64,000 nucleotides of DNA from Bdellovibrionales bacterium (GTDB taxonomy: Bacteria > Bdellovibrionota > Bdellovibrionia > Bdellovibrionales > JAGQZY01). The notes below the pieces were generated by a model that worked only from the letters and a program-made list of their open reading frames with translations, did not search any database and was not told the origin of the DNA. The position numbers and the translations under genes are program-made. The stretch is from NCBI GenBank assembly GCA_964230645.1, contig CAXRHT010000002.1, forward strand, positions 1,728,001 to 1,792,000, given 5' to 3'. Below, piece by piece: positions 9,554-18,817 of this stretch (the stretch's first letter is position 1; each line of letters opens with the position of its first letter).

Positions 9554-10837
9554 TCAAAAATAATCCACCTCGATCATATTTTTTCGAAACTCTGAGAGAT
9601 CGGCTTTGATATCTAGTTTTTTTAATAACATAAAGATTCCACCGAGCTTGCGGTGAAGAAAAATCAATTGCTTGGGCGGAGCCGAGTATTTGAGCATTCG
9701 AGAAAAACGCCAAGCTTCTGACCTCACCTCTTGGCTGTACTCTCCATTAGAAAAGTCAAAGGGTTGCCGACTCTCCTCGAAGGGGCGCATCGAAAGAATC
9801 AAAAAGTCGATAAAAACCTCTTTGACCTCGTCAGTTTCTCTTTTATCGAGAAAACCCAATTGGAATATTTGTTTTAAGATCGCCTCACGGTCTCTGGAAA
9901 AAACCTTACGAATAAGAAGTTGGTAATCTCTAACAAAACTCGACTCAAACTCTAAGGTGGCGCCGAAATCCAAAAGAATCATTTCTCCCCTTTCACTGAT
10001 AAGAAAATTAGCAGGGTTTGGGTCGGTTTGAACAAGTTTATTTTCAAAAAATTCTTTTATGTAGAGATTTAGAAGCTGGTCGGCCACCTTTTGGCGAGCT
10101 TCCTTTGAAGGGTTGCTTCTCACCCAAGCGGGGAACTCAAGACCTTTTTCTTTGGAAAGAGTAATAACTTTTTTTGTAGTCATTTCAGGATAAACATCGG
10201 GGATAATGTATTCCGAACCTTCAAAGAGTTTTTTGTACCGGATTAGAGAGTCTCTTTCATATTCATAGTCTGTTTCAAGCTTTAAAACCCTCCGGGCTTC
10301 TTCCATAAGGTCATCAAGTCTTACTTTTTTCTGACTCACTAGCACCAGAGCCTTTAAAAGTTTTTTTAATGTATTAATATCATCGTCTACACTCTCAGCA
10401 ACTCCCGGGTATTGCACCTTAACAACGACTGACTTTCCGTCAATTTCCGCTTCATAAACCTGACCGATACTGGCAGACGCAATGGGCTCTTCTTTAAGAT
10501 TTTTGTATTGAGAAAATCTTTCCTCACCAAGCTCAGACTTTAGCTGCTTCATCATCACTTCGTTGGAAACACGAGGAGCTTGAGATTGCAGCTTTTCTAA
10601 TATTTCTATCACCTCAGGGGGAAGAAAATCATAGCCTTCAATCGATAAGGACTGAATAGCTTTCATGGCCGCCCCTTTGAGCTGTCCTACATGGCCCACT
10701 AGTATTTCGGCTTGATCGAGAAGTTTTTTAAACTTGCCCTCTTTGCTGCCCGAGAGGGCTTTCTTTCCCTGTTCAACCGCGATCTTTGCGGCCATTTTAA
10801 ACAGATGGGATTTTCTTGATTTCGGTATATCACTCAT
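9554..10837 (-). CDS. ABC1/UbiB/COQ8 atypical kinase
   Basis: LKGAAMK, ASASIGQV, VKVQYPGV, QTDPNPANF, DFG. Confidence 0.92.
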   Translation of the reverse strand: MSDIPKSRKSHLFKMAAKIAVEQGKKALSGSKEGKFKKLLDQAEILVGHVGQLKGAAMKAIQSLSIEGYDFLPPEVIEILEKLQSQAPRVSNEVMMKQLKSELGEERFSQYKNLKEEPIASASIGQVYEAEIDGKSVVVKVQYPGVAESVDDDINTLKKLLKALVLVSQKKVRLDDLMEEARRVLKLETDYEYERDSLIRYKKLFEGSEYIIPDVYPEMTTKKVITLSKEKGLEFPAWVRSNPSKEARQKVADQLLNLYIKEFFENKLVQTDPNPANFLISERGEMILLDFGATLEFESSFVRDYQLLIRKVFSRDREAILKQIFQLGFLDKRETDEVKEVFIDFLILSMRPFEESRQPFDFSNGEYSQEVRSEAWRFSRMLKYSAPPKQLIFLHRKLGGIFMLLKKLDIKADLSEFRKNMIEVDYF

Positions 10838-10861
10838 TCACTTTGCTCCACACACTCAACA

Positions 10862-12370
10862 CTAGGATTTTACTTTTTCACTCAAGAACTTATCGGCGGC
10901 TTTGAACAGCTTCTTTTTGCGGTCCTTGTCCATTTTATCAAGCATTGCGACCATCATCGACATCCTTTGATTCTTGGCAATGACTTTTTTATTTTCACTG
11001 ATAAAACGCCAGTAAAGGCCGTCGAGTGTGTCACACCAATCGCCTTTCCCGTAGTTACTCATTTTTTTTATATAATTGGATCCACTAATATAAGGTTTGG
11101 TCGCAAAGATTCCACCCTCACTAAATTGCCCCATTCCAAACACATTGGGCATCATGACCCAATCAGCGCTATCCACATACATTTCCATAAACCACTTATA
11201 GACTTCTTTGGGGTCCATTTCACTAAGGAGCATCACATTAGACTGTACCATTAGCCTTTCAATATGGTGGGTGTAGCCCCACTTTTGAGCTTTCTTTATG
11301 GAATCATCAAGGGGCAGGATTCCTGTGTTGGCATTATACCAGTCATCGGTGAGTTTATTGCTATGATTCCAGAAGTTATCTTTCCACATTTTCTCAGAAT
11401 AATTATCGTAAATGCCTTTAACGAACTCTCGCCATCCTATGACTTGTCTGACAAAACCTTCGATCGAGGCTAGTGGAACTTCTAACTCTTCGCCTTTTTC
11501 TATAACTTTTTCCACCACCTCGTCAGGGGTGATCATTCCAATATTAATCAAGGCTGATAAACAGGAATGAAATCCGAAAGTGTTTTCACTATGAATGGCA
11601 TCTTGATAGGGCCCAAACTTTTCAAACTTTTCTTCAATAAAATAGTGAATCCATTTTAAGGCTTGAGAGCGCTTAGTGGGTAACCAAAAATGATCGCTGG
11701 TTCCCGGGTGATTGTTAAAATGTTTTTCCACAATCTTTTTCACATCTTTGATATGTTGAGTCTCTTGATGATCGATCAGATCAATAAACTCAATTTTTTT
11801 AGGGTATTTTTTCCTATTTTTTTCATCGAAACTCCACTGCCCTCCGCGTGGAGTGCGATCTTTGTTAAGCAGAATATCGAGCTTATCGCGCTGGTCTTTA
11901 TAAAAAGTCATCATAAAAGGAGACTTATGGGCCTCCAAATACTGTTCGAAATCCTGTTTAGGAGTGAGAAACATGGGGCTTTTGTGTTCAACCAATTCGA
12001 CTGAATTCTTTTTTAAAGTCTTCTTGATCTCTTCTTTAAAAAAGTGATCGTTAATCTCGTAGGTGTGAAGCTTTTTGCAGCTTTTGTTCTCATCAAGGAT
12101 TTTTTCAATTTTCTTCGAAAATTTTGATTTAAAAAGTTTTTCTTCGGCTTTGTGTAGTTCAACGTCATAATCTTTAGACTTCAGTTCGTCAGCATATTCC
12201 CGCATCGAAGCCAAAAAGAAAATAATCTTATTTTTATGATAGGAATAGTGGGTACAAAGACCGAAATCTTCAAACATGTAGATCTTGTCGGATTTTTCGA
12301 AGGCCACCTTTCCCGTTGGAAAAAGCTGGTCTCCTAAAATCAAAAAGACTCGTTTCTCTTTGTTACCCAT
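10862..12370 (-). CDS. Bacterial cryptochrome/(6-4) photolyase family protein (COG3046), lacking the Fe-S cysteines
   Basis: LILGDQL, GGQWSFD..NR, EGFVRQVIGWREF, GYTHHIERLM, TKPYISGSNYI; likely start MGNKEK at 12370. Confidence 0.9.
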   Translation of the reverse strand: MGNKEKRVFLILGDQLFPTGKVAFEKSDKIYMFEDFGLCTHYSYHKNKIIFFLASMREYADELKSKDYDVELHKAEEKLFKSKFSKKIEKILDENKSCKKLHTYEINDHFFKEEIKKTLKKNSVELVEHKSPMFLTPKQDFEQYLEAHKSPFMMTFYKDQRDKLDILLNKDRTPRGGQWSFDEKNRKKYPKKIEFIDLIDHQETQHIKDVKKIVEKHFNNHPGTSDHFWLPTKRSQALKWIHYFIEEKFEKFGPYQDAIHSENTFGFHSCLSALINIGMITPDEVVEKVIEKGEELEVPLASIEGFVRQVIGWREFVKGIYDNYSEKMWKDNFWNHSNKLTDDWYNANTGILPLDDSIKKAQKWGYTHHIERLMVQSNVMLLSEMDPKEVYKWFMEMYVDSADWVMMPNVFGMGQFSEGGIFATKPYISGSNYIKKMSNYGKGDWCDTLDGLYWRFISENKKVIAKNQRMSMMVAMLDKMDKDRKKKLFKAADKFLSEKVKS

Positions 12371-12433
12371 ATTCGTCCCTTTTAGCCGAGATTGAAAATT
12401 GTTCAATAATTCTTGAACTATTTTTTAAGATAT

Positions 12434-12466
12434 AAAAAAACCCTCTCCGCTTGAAAGAGGGCTTTT
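12434..12466 (-). terminator. Probable rho-independent terminator downstream of dps
   Basis: CCCTCT/AGAGGG stem with A7 tract on plus strand (U-tract on minus strand). Confidence 0.6.
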
Positions 12467-12478
12467 GTTAAATCATTC

Positions 12479-12949
12479 TTAGTCTTCAAGAAGGGAGCGA
12501 AGCATCCATGTTGTCTTCTCGTGGTGCTGCATACGTGCTGTCAAAAGATCCACAGTAGCTTCATCACCAGCGTCGGCCGCCTTTGGAATTACCTCTCGGG
12601 CTGTACGGATAAGCTTTTCATTGGACTCCACAAGGTTTGCAATCATTTCTTTGGCATTAGGATTGCCAGAGTCTTCTTCAATTGTCGTAAGCTTTGCAAA
12701 AGCACCGTAAGTACCGGGCGCTCTCTCACCGAGTGAACGAATTCTCTCTGCGATGTCGTCCACAGCAAGAGCTAAATCTTGGTACTGCTCTTCGAACATG
12801 ACGTGAAGAGTTTGGAACATTGGACCTGTTACGTTCCAGTGATAGTTATGAGTTTTAAGATAAAGAGTGTATGAGTCAGCAAGCACACGCGCGACTCCGT
12901 CAGCGATTTCTTTACGATCTTCTTCTTTCAGTCCTATATTGATTTGCAT
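12479..12949 (-). CDS. dps: Dps family DNA protection/ferritin-like protein
   Basis: KTHNYHWNVTGP..LH..FEE, D.IAER, HEK..WML. Confidence 0.96.
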   Translation of the reverse strand: MQINIGLKEEDRKEIADGVARVLADSYTLYLKTHNYHWNVTGPMFQTLHVMFEEQYQDLALAVDDIAERIRSLGERAPGTYGAFAKLTTIEEDSGNPNAKEMIANLVESNEKLIRTAREVIPKAADAGDEATVDLLTARMQHHEKTTWMLRSLLED

Positions 12950-13075
12950 CTTTTTCCTTCCTTTTCAGATCTAATAGAATTGATTTAACATTGTTTTCAT
13001 CTGGATTTCAATTGAACACAGCACCAAAGACTATTCTTACTAGCCCCTTTCTGAATATTGTGTAGAATTTTAAAC

Positions 13076-13600
13076 ATGAAGAAATGGCTCTTACTTATTT
13101 TCATACCTATTTTAGTGGTGGCTCTTGTTCCCGCCTTACTCCCCTCTGAGTTTGTCTTTGAGAGGTCAATTCGAATCAATGTGTCTCAAGAGGACGCCTT
13201 TGATTACTTAGTCAATCTCCAGGACTACCGAGAATGGAGCCCGTGGCTTGAAAAAGAACCCAGTGCCGAGTTTGTTTCCGTTGGGACCCCTGGTGTGGTT
13301 GGCAGTTACAATGAATGGAAAGGTCAGGAGATCGGTTCTGGTCGTCAGACCCTTACAAAAGTTCGAGAACCTAAATACATCGAAACCCAATTGCGGTTTC
13401 ACTCTCCCCAAGAGTCAGAAGGCATAGGCTATTTTAAGCTCGTCGACCTTGGTGACGGTGTAGAAGTGACTTGGGGAATGAAATCTCACCTAAGCTACCC
13501 GATTGAGCGAGTCATGGGGCTATTTTTGCCAGGCATGATGGAGCCCGATTTTAAAAACGGCCTTGAAAACCTCAAATTTCAACTGGAAAAATCCATATAA
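13076..13600 (+). CDS. SRPBCC/polyketide cyclase-like protein with N-terminal membrane anchor
   Basis: ERSI.I, WSPW, VTW, GLENLK; N-terminal hydrophobic helix. Confidence 0.85.
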   Translation: MKKWLLLIFIPILVVALVPALLPSEFVFERSIRINVSQEDAFDYLVNLQDYREWSPWLEKEPSAEFVSVGTPGVVGSYNEWKGQEIGSGRQTLTKVREPKYIETQLRFHSPQESEGIGYFKLVDLGDGVEVTWGMKSHLSYPIERVMGLFLPGMMEPDFKNGLENLKFQLEKSI

Positions 13601-13673
13601 GAAGACTATATCCTTGGGAGAGGTTCTTTTTTTATGAGAACCTTTAAATATATGAAATCCAAAGGAGAGTACT

Positions 13674-13904
13674 ATGGAAACAGTAAAAAGCACAAAAGAC
13701 TTCAAAATCTTTAAAAAGAAAAACGGTCGCTTCGGAGTAAAAAACGCAAAAGGGCAGTGGATCAATGGAGAAGAAAAAGTTAAAATCTTATCCTCTGAAG
13801 GTCTAATTAAAGTGAGTGTTCCTAAGAAAAAAGAGGAAGCCCCCGCTGAAAATGCCGATGCCGCTCAAGAAGAAGCTGCGGCCGAAGAAAAACCTGCAGA
13901 ATAA
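13674..13904 (+). CDS. Small conserved hypothetical protein
   Basis: AAGGAGAG RBS; basic N-terminal domain, A/E-rich tail. Confidence 0.75.
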   Translation: METVKSTKDFKIFKKKNGRFGVKNAKGQWINGEEKVKILSSEGLIKVSVPKKKEEAPAENADAAQEEAAAEEKPAE

Positions 13905-14024
13905 ACATTTTTATATCGGACCTGTTTGATCCGTTCGAGGTCTGGGGGGAGCACTTTTCAAGGAGGGCTTACCCCTTAGAATGGCGGATATCTTACAGGT
14001 TTTTAACATCTAGGAGGATCAGCC

Positions 14025-15290
14025 ATGCTACAAACCCCACGCCGAGTTGCAATAGTCGGTGGAGTGAGAACTCCCTTCGTAAAGTCTTTCACCCATTACA
14101 AAGCAACCAACCAAGAGCTTCAAACAGAAGTCCTCAATCAAATCGCAAAACGATTTAATCTTAAACGTGTGGATGAAGTGGTCATGGGCACGATCACCAA
14201 AGCGGGTACCGACTGGAACCTAGCCAGAGAGGCAGTCCTAGGATCAAGTCTTGATAACGGCACTCCGGCCTTTGATCTTCAAAGAGCTTGCGGAACAGGT
14301 CTCTCCGCTCTCGTCATGATTGCCAACAAGATCGCTCTGGGCCAGATTGACTGCGGAATTGCTGGTGGGTCCGATACGAACTCCAAGATCTCGCTTGAGT
14401 TTTCAAGAAGAGCCTCTGATAAGTTTTTTGGACTTTCTCGCTCCCGCAGCACGGGACAAATGCTCGGCGGACTGATGAAATTTCGTCCCAGTGATTTCAA
14501 ACCTAAAATACCCGGGGTGACCGAGCCAAGAACAGGTCTCAGCATGGGTGAGCACTGTGAGCAAATGGCAAAAAAATGGCGGATCTCTAGAGAAGAGCAA
14601 GACAAACTAGCGTTAGCTAGTCATCAAAACGGATCGAAAGCCTACGATGAAGGCTTCTACAAAGAAAGCGTTGTCCCCTATAGTGGCGTTGATAAGGATA
14701 CAGTTTTAAGAGGTGACACATCCCTTGAAAAGCTCGGTAAACTTCGCCCGGCTTTTGATAAGAAATTGGGAACACTTACGGCTGGAAACTCTTCATCTAT
14801 GACCGATGGGGCCTCCTGTATTTTCCTCGCCTCTGAGGATTATGCCAAAAAACACGGTCTTCCCGTTCTGGCCTATTTTAAAGACGCGCAATCTTCTGCC
14901 ATCGACTTTGTTTCTGGAATGGGCCTCCTAATGGCTCCCACCATTGCTGTGGGCCAAATGCTGAAAAGAAACAATATGGCTTTGCAGGATTTTGACTACT
15001 ATGAAATTCACGAAGCTTTCGCGGCCCAGGTTCTTTCCACCCTTAAAGCTTGGGAAGACGAGCCCTTTTGTAAGCAAACTGTCGGTGTTGATAAACCTTT
15101 AGGCTCTATTGATAGAAGTAAGCTTAATATTAAAGGAAGTAGTATTGCTCTTGGACATCCTTTTGCTGCAACAGGGGCTCGAGTCGCCACAACGTTGGCT
15201 GATATTCTCAATCAAAACTCTGGAAAAGGTTTAATCTCGATCTGTACCGGTGGAGGTATGGGAGTGGCTGCTATTCTTGAAAAAGAATAA
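14025..15290 (+). CDS. Acetyl-CoA C-acyltransferase (thiolase, FadI/FadA2-like)
   Basis: RACGTG, HEAFA, GHPFAATG, CTGGG catalytic motifs. Confidence 0.94.
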   Translation: MLQTPRRVAIVGGVRTPFVKSFTHYKATNQELQTEVLNQIAKRFNLKRVDEVVMGTITKAGTDWNLAREAVLGSSLDNGTPAFDLQRACGTGLSALVMIANKIALGQIDCGIAGGSDTNSKISLEFSRRASDKFFGLSRSRSTGQMLGGLMKFRPSDFKPKIPGVTEPRTGLSMGEHCEQMAKKWRISREEQDKLALASHQNGSKAYDEGFYKESVVPYSGVDKDTVLRGDTSLEKLGKLRPAFDKKLGTLTAGNSSSMTDGASCIFLASEDYAKKHGLPVLAYFKDAQSSAIDFVSGMGLLMAPTIAVGQMLKRNNMALQDFDYYEIHEAFAAQVLSTLKAWEDEPFCKQTVGVDKPLGSIDRSKLNIKGSSIALGHPFAATGARVATTLADILNQNSGKGLISICTGGGMGVAAILEKE

Positions 15291-15314
15291 GAGGTTTTAG
15301 CTCACATTCTATTA

Positions 15315-15428
15315 GTCATCTTGAACGATTCTATTGTCATCTTGAGCCCTCTACTGTCATCTTGAGCGATAGCGAAAGATCTTTCGCTGTCGCTCAAGAT
15401 GACAATTTTAATCTCGATCAAGATGACA
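15315..15428. repeat. REP-like palindrome (same family as 6136-6295) with tandem arm copies
   Basis: Core 15356-15403 is 47/48 identical to core 6188-6235; extra GTCATCTTGA arms at 15315 and 15336; CGATCAAGATGACA at 15415-15428. Confidence 0.9.
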
Positions 15429-15435
15429 ACACTGC

Positions 15436-15789
15436 TTACTTGCAGGGCTCGATACTCTTTTGATTGGCAAAGAAGTTTCTCTGATCAACACCCACATAAA
15501 CCACAGAGTTCTCATCGTCTGAGTTAATTTGAGCGTCTTCCGCATAAAGGTAAGGCCACTCATAGTCGCCGCGATTGATTCGTTCAACTAAGGCCTGTGG
15601 GTCACCTTCAAAGCAAACATTCTCGGCTCCCCAAACCACATCGGCCACACAGGAGTCCACGCGCTCAACCAATTGGTTGTCGATTTCTCGAACGCTATCG
15701 GAATATTGGTCATCGCAAAAAATGGCCACGTCCTGAGCTTGAGTAAAAACGGGTGATAATAAAAATAGAATTGTTATGATTTGTTTCAA
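15436..15789 (-). CDS. Secreted hypothetical protein
   Basis: TTG at 15789 after GAGGGGG; signal peptide ending TQA; 4 Cys in mature part. Confidence 0.65.
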   Translation of the reverse strand: MKQIITILFLLSPVFTQAQDVAIFCDDQYSDSVREIDNQLVERVDSCVADVVWGAENVCFEGDPQALVERINRGDYEWPYLYAEDAQINSDDENSVVYVGVDQRNFFANQKSIEPCK

Positions 15790-15896
15790 GATTCCCCCCT
15801 CGAATTTGAGCGTCTTTTTTACCAAAAGAGGCTAAGATTCAGCAGATTATTAAGAGAACCTGTAAATTTTCTAATTTTTCAGAATGAATTTAAGCC

Positions 15897-16247
15897 TTAA
15901 GAGCCCGTTGCGCTCTCGCGCTCTAGAAACTCACTGTAATCAATAAAAGTCTCAGGCTGATCAAAGCGGTGAGTCTTCCAGGCTGTGATCTGATCACGAA
16001 GTTGATTTAAAAGCGACGTCATCAACTCATTCACGTTGGCCGCTGAGCCTGATACAAGAAAGGTCCCCTTAGAAAAGAGAACCTTGATTTCGCCATTAAA
16101 AATGTCGTTTTTCTTACTGAAGTGACCCGTGAAATTTGAATCGCTCGGGCACGTTGACCGAATGCTATTGATTTTTTTGATCACAAGATGTTTGTCTTCT
16201 CGATTGATATCAGACGAGAACTGAAAAGACGATAGCTTATACTCCAT
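15897..16247 (-). CDS. Hypothetical protein, possibly divergent HPF/RaiA-fold
   Basis: GGAGG RBS; size and helix-strand pattern ending in amphipathic helix L..QL..W...RF. Confidence 0.5.
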   Translation of the reverse strand: MEYKLSSFQFSSDINREDKHLVIKKINSIRSTCPSDSNFTGHFSKKNDIFNGEIKVLFSKGTFLVSGSAANVNELMTSLLNQLRDQITAWKTHRFDQPETFIDYSEFLERESATGS

Positions 16248-16331
16248 TTGGAACCTCCATCAACAGGTATTCGATCCGACTTGTTCCTTTCTCCTTTAAT
16301 GGTAAGAGAAAAAAGAGACTTTCTAAACCAT

Positions 16332-16359
16332 AAATCGGAGGATTTCTTTAATTAGTTGA
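16332..16359 (-). promoter_or_regulatory. Putative sigma28/FliA promoter TCAA-N16-TCCGATTT
   Basis: Minus strand, about 85 nt upstream of the 16247 start. Confidence 0.45.
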
Positions 16360-16666
16360 ATTTCATATAAAATACCCCACGGCAAGGGATGAAACACCCC
16401 TTCACCGCTTTTAACTTCACTTTTTTAGCGAACCGAATAAATCTCTAAAATTATTACACTATACATAAACTCAAAAATCACAATTAAAAGAAAATTGGTT
16501 TCGCCTTTTATCTTAAATCAACTTCTCAATTTAAGACGTAGAGCGTTTGACTATCGTCGAGGCGGACTGAGTTTAAGCACTTTTCCTGGCCAAACTCCCA
16601 GGCTTTACAGCTTCAAAGAGTTCAAACAGAATAGGACTACGATCCAATTACTTGAAAGGAGCCGTA

Positions 16667-17356
16667 ATGAATATAGTCGTACTCACTGGAGCGGGTATCT
16701 CCGCTGAATCAGGTATTAAAACCTTTCGAGATGAAAATGGTCTTTGGGAAGGCCATAGAGTGGAAGAAGTGGCTACTCCTGAGGCCTTTGCTAGTAACTC
16801 GAAACTTGTTTACGACTTTTATAATTTAAGGCGTGCTCAACTCCTTGACCCTAAACTCAAACCCAACGACGGCCATTTGGCTTTAGCTCGCCTTGAAGCA
16901 GCCTTTCCGGGCTCATTTACACTGGTCACTCAAAACGTCGACAATCTTCATGAAAGGGCGGGATGTAAAAATGTTCTCCATATGCATGGAGAGCTCCAAA
17001 AGATTCGTTGCCTTCAAAGTGGTGAATGTTACCAATGGACAGAAGAGCTAAATGAGAAAACACCCCATCCAAAGGGGCTTAACTCTCCTCTAAGACCCGA
17101 CATCGTATGGTTTGGGGAGATCCCCAAACATCTTGACCAAATAGAGCAGGATTTACTCAAAGCCGACCTTTTCATCTGCGCTGGCACCTCAGGTGTGGTC
17201 TATCCGGCAGCCGGGTTTGTTCAACTCACCCCAAGGGGCTGTAAGAAGATTGAGTTTAATTTAGAAGAGACCCCCATCAGCCGGCTTTTTGATGAAACGG
17301 TTCTGGGGGAAACAGGGAAGACACTACCCGATTTTGTGGACTCTCTTATTCCTTGA
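16667..17356 (+). CDS. cobB: NAD-dependent protein deacylase (class III sirtuin)
   Basis: GAGISAESGI.TFR, TQNVDNLHERAG, HG, RPDIVWFGE, GTSG.VYPAAG. Confidence 0.95.
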   Translation: MNIVVLTGAGISAESGIKTFRDENGLWEGHRVEEVATPEAFASNSKLVYDFYNLRRAQLLDPKLKPNDGHLALARLEAAFPGSFTLVTQNVDNLHERAGCKNVLHMHGELQKIRCLQSGECYQWTEELNEKTPHPKGLNSPLRPDIVWFGEIPKHLDQIEQDLLKADLFICAGTSGVVYPAAGFVQLTPRGCKKIEFNLEETPISRLFDETVLGETGKTLPDFVDSLIP

Positions 17357-18002
17357 TGACTAAATGATTTTTCAATTCGTTGGTATCATCAGCCTGAATG
17401 GGAAAGTGCTCACTTAGCATATCTGCACTCATCGCAATGGCCTCACAAAATCCCTCGGCCATATCTTTTTTCTTAATCCCACTGATCAAGCGCTCGACCA
17501 CTTCCTGCCAAACCTCAGGTTTAAGCTTTTTAGCAATAGCCTCGTCCCCTAAAACCACAGCTTGATGCTCCATGAGAGAAACGAAAATTAAAATGCCCGT
17601 AGCACCTTTCGTGTCTTTAATATTGAGTTCGTGAAACTCATTGATCGCACGCTGCTCGACCTGCATACGCTGATCAAGCTTTGAAGTCAGAAGCCTCTCC
17701 AAAAAAGGAAGAGGGGAAAGGATGCGAACCAATACTGCTAAAATAAGAAAATCGATCACTATAAGTAACCAATGGGGCAGATCAAAAAACTCCATCTGCC
17801 AGTAATCGCCATCAAAAACGAAAAATAATAAGGCAAATAAAAGCATTAAAATAACGGGGACATGCCCCACCGTGGAAGACTTTCTTACGATGACAGGAAC
17901 TAGCTCTCCACTGGTTTTTGTTTCGGCCTCTTTGATCTTATCTTCGATTCTTTTGAAACTATCATCATTTAAATAGGATTGGACCCAGTTTGCTAAAGAC
18001 AT
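17346..18002 (-). CDS. TPM domain membrane protein
   Basis: AE.KTSGE, TGILIFVS..EH, NEL motifs. Confidence 0.88.
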   Translation of the reverse strand: MSLANWVQSYLNDDSFKRIEDKIKEAETKTSGELVPVIVRKSSTVGHVPVILMLLFALLFFVFDGDYWQMEFFDLPHWLLIVIDFLILAVLVRILSPLPFLERLLTSKLDQRMQVEQRAINEFHELNIKDTKGATGILIFVSLMEHQAVVLGDEAIAKKLKPEVWQEVVERLISGIKKKDMAEGFCEAIAMSADMLSEHFPIQADDTNELKNHLVIKE

Positions 18003-18817
18003 TACCAACCTCCTGAGGCGCCGCCACCACTAAAGCCGCCACCGCCGCCAAGGCCACCACCTCCGAAGCCGCCTCCGCCGCCGCCTCCAAAGCCACCGCG
18101 GTAACCTCTTCCTCCCATGCCTCCAAGCAAGAGAAGTGGGAGAAAGCCAGAGCGTCCACCAAAAAAGATGATGATAATCCAAATGAGAATTACAAGAAGG
18201 CTGCCACGACTGGATTTGCGCCCCTTGCCTTTTTGAAGAACTCTTTCGTCGATGTTCTCATAAAAGGCTTTAATGTTAGCTTCAGGAGCCGCTCTTTCGA
18301 GCATTTGGTAAGTGCCCACAAATATTGCGTTGGTGAAATCTCCCGATTTTAGTAAGGGAACCATGGTGTGATCGATAATGCGACGACTCTCAACATCGGT
18401 GAGGTTACCCTCAAGACCTTGCCCCACCTCTATACGAAGCTTGCGGTCTTTAATAGCTAACATTAATAAAAGACCTTTATCTTCTTTGGCCGAACCTAAC
18501 TGCCACTGATCGGTCACCTGGATTGAGGCCATTTCAATGGGTACATTGTTCAATGTTTCGACCGTTAAAACGGCCAACTCTATGTTGGTCTTCTTTTTAA
18601 TCTCATTGAGAATGCTGTTGAGTTGATTCTCAGCTCCCTTCGGGATCACATTGCCATAATCATTGATATGGCTTTTCAAAGCGGGAACTTTAAAATCTTG
18701 TCCCAAGGCCTTTATGCTAAAGCTCAGGGGTATCGCTAAGAAAACAAGAAGTCTGATTAAATAGCCAAGTCTATGAAATGAAACTTGAGACGACAACGAG
18801 ATATTAAAACTCCACAT
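18002..18817 (-). CDS. TPM domain protein (YgcG-like) with Gly-rich C-terminus
   Basis: RIEVGQGLEG.LTD, C-terminal GGGFSGGGASGGW; true start probably downstream of 18817. Confidence 0.92.
   Translation of the reverse strand: MWSFNISLSSQVSFHRLGYLIRLLVFLAIPLSFSIKALGQDFKVPALKSHINDYGNVIPKGAENQLNSILNEIKKKTNIELAVLTVETLNNVPIEMASIQVTDQWQLGSAKEDKGLLLMLAIKDRKLRIEVGQGLEGNLTDVESRRIIDHTMVPLLKSGDFTNAIFVGTYQMLERAAPEANIKAFYENIDERVLQKGKGRKSSRGSLLVILIWIIIIFFGGRSGFLPLLLLGGMGGRGYRGGFGGGGGGGFGGGGLGGGGGFSGGGASGGW

Noticed and set aside
16495..16707. 70-aa ORF upstream of cobB, and 20434-20781/20642-20839 ORFs
   Set aside because: No RBS or recognisable features; they overlap better-supported genes (cobB; the 42-aa ORF at 20561-20689)
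16667..17356. Sirtuin as an anti-phage Sir2 (Thoeris/DSR/pAgo-associated) effector
   Set aside because: Typical stand-alone class III CobB of about 230 aa with no defence partners nearby
18010..18125. GC-rich (CCG/CCA)n-like tract as a DNA repeat or foreign insert
   Set aside because: It encodes the normal Gly-rich tail of the YgcG/TPM protein
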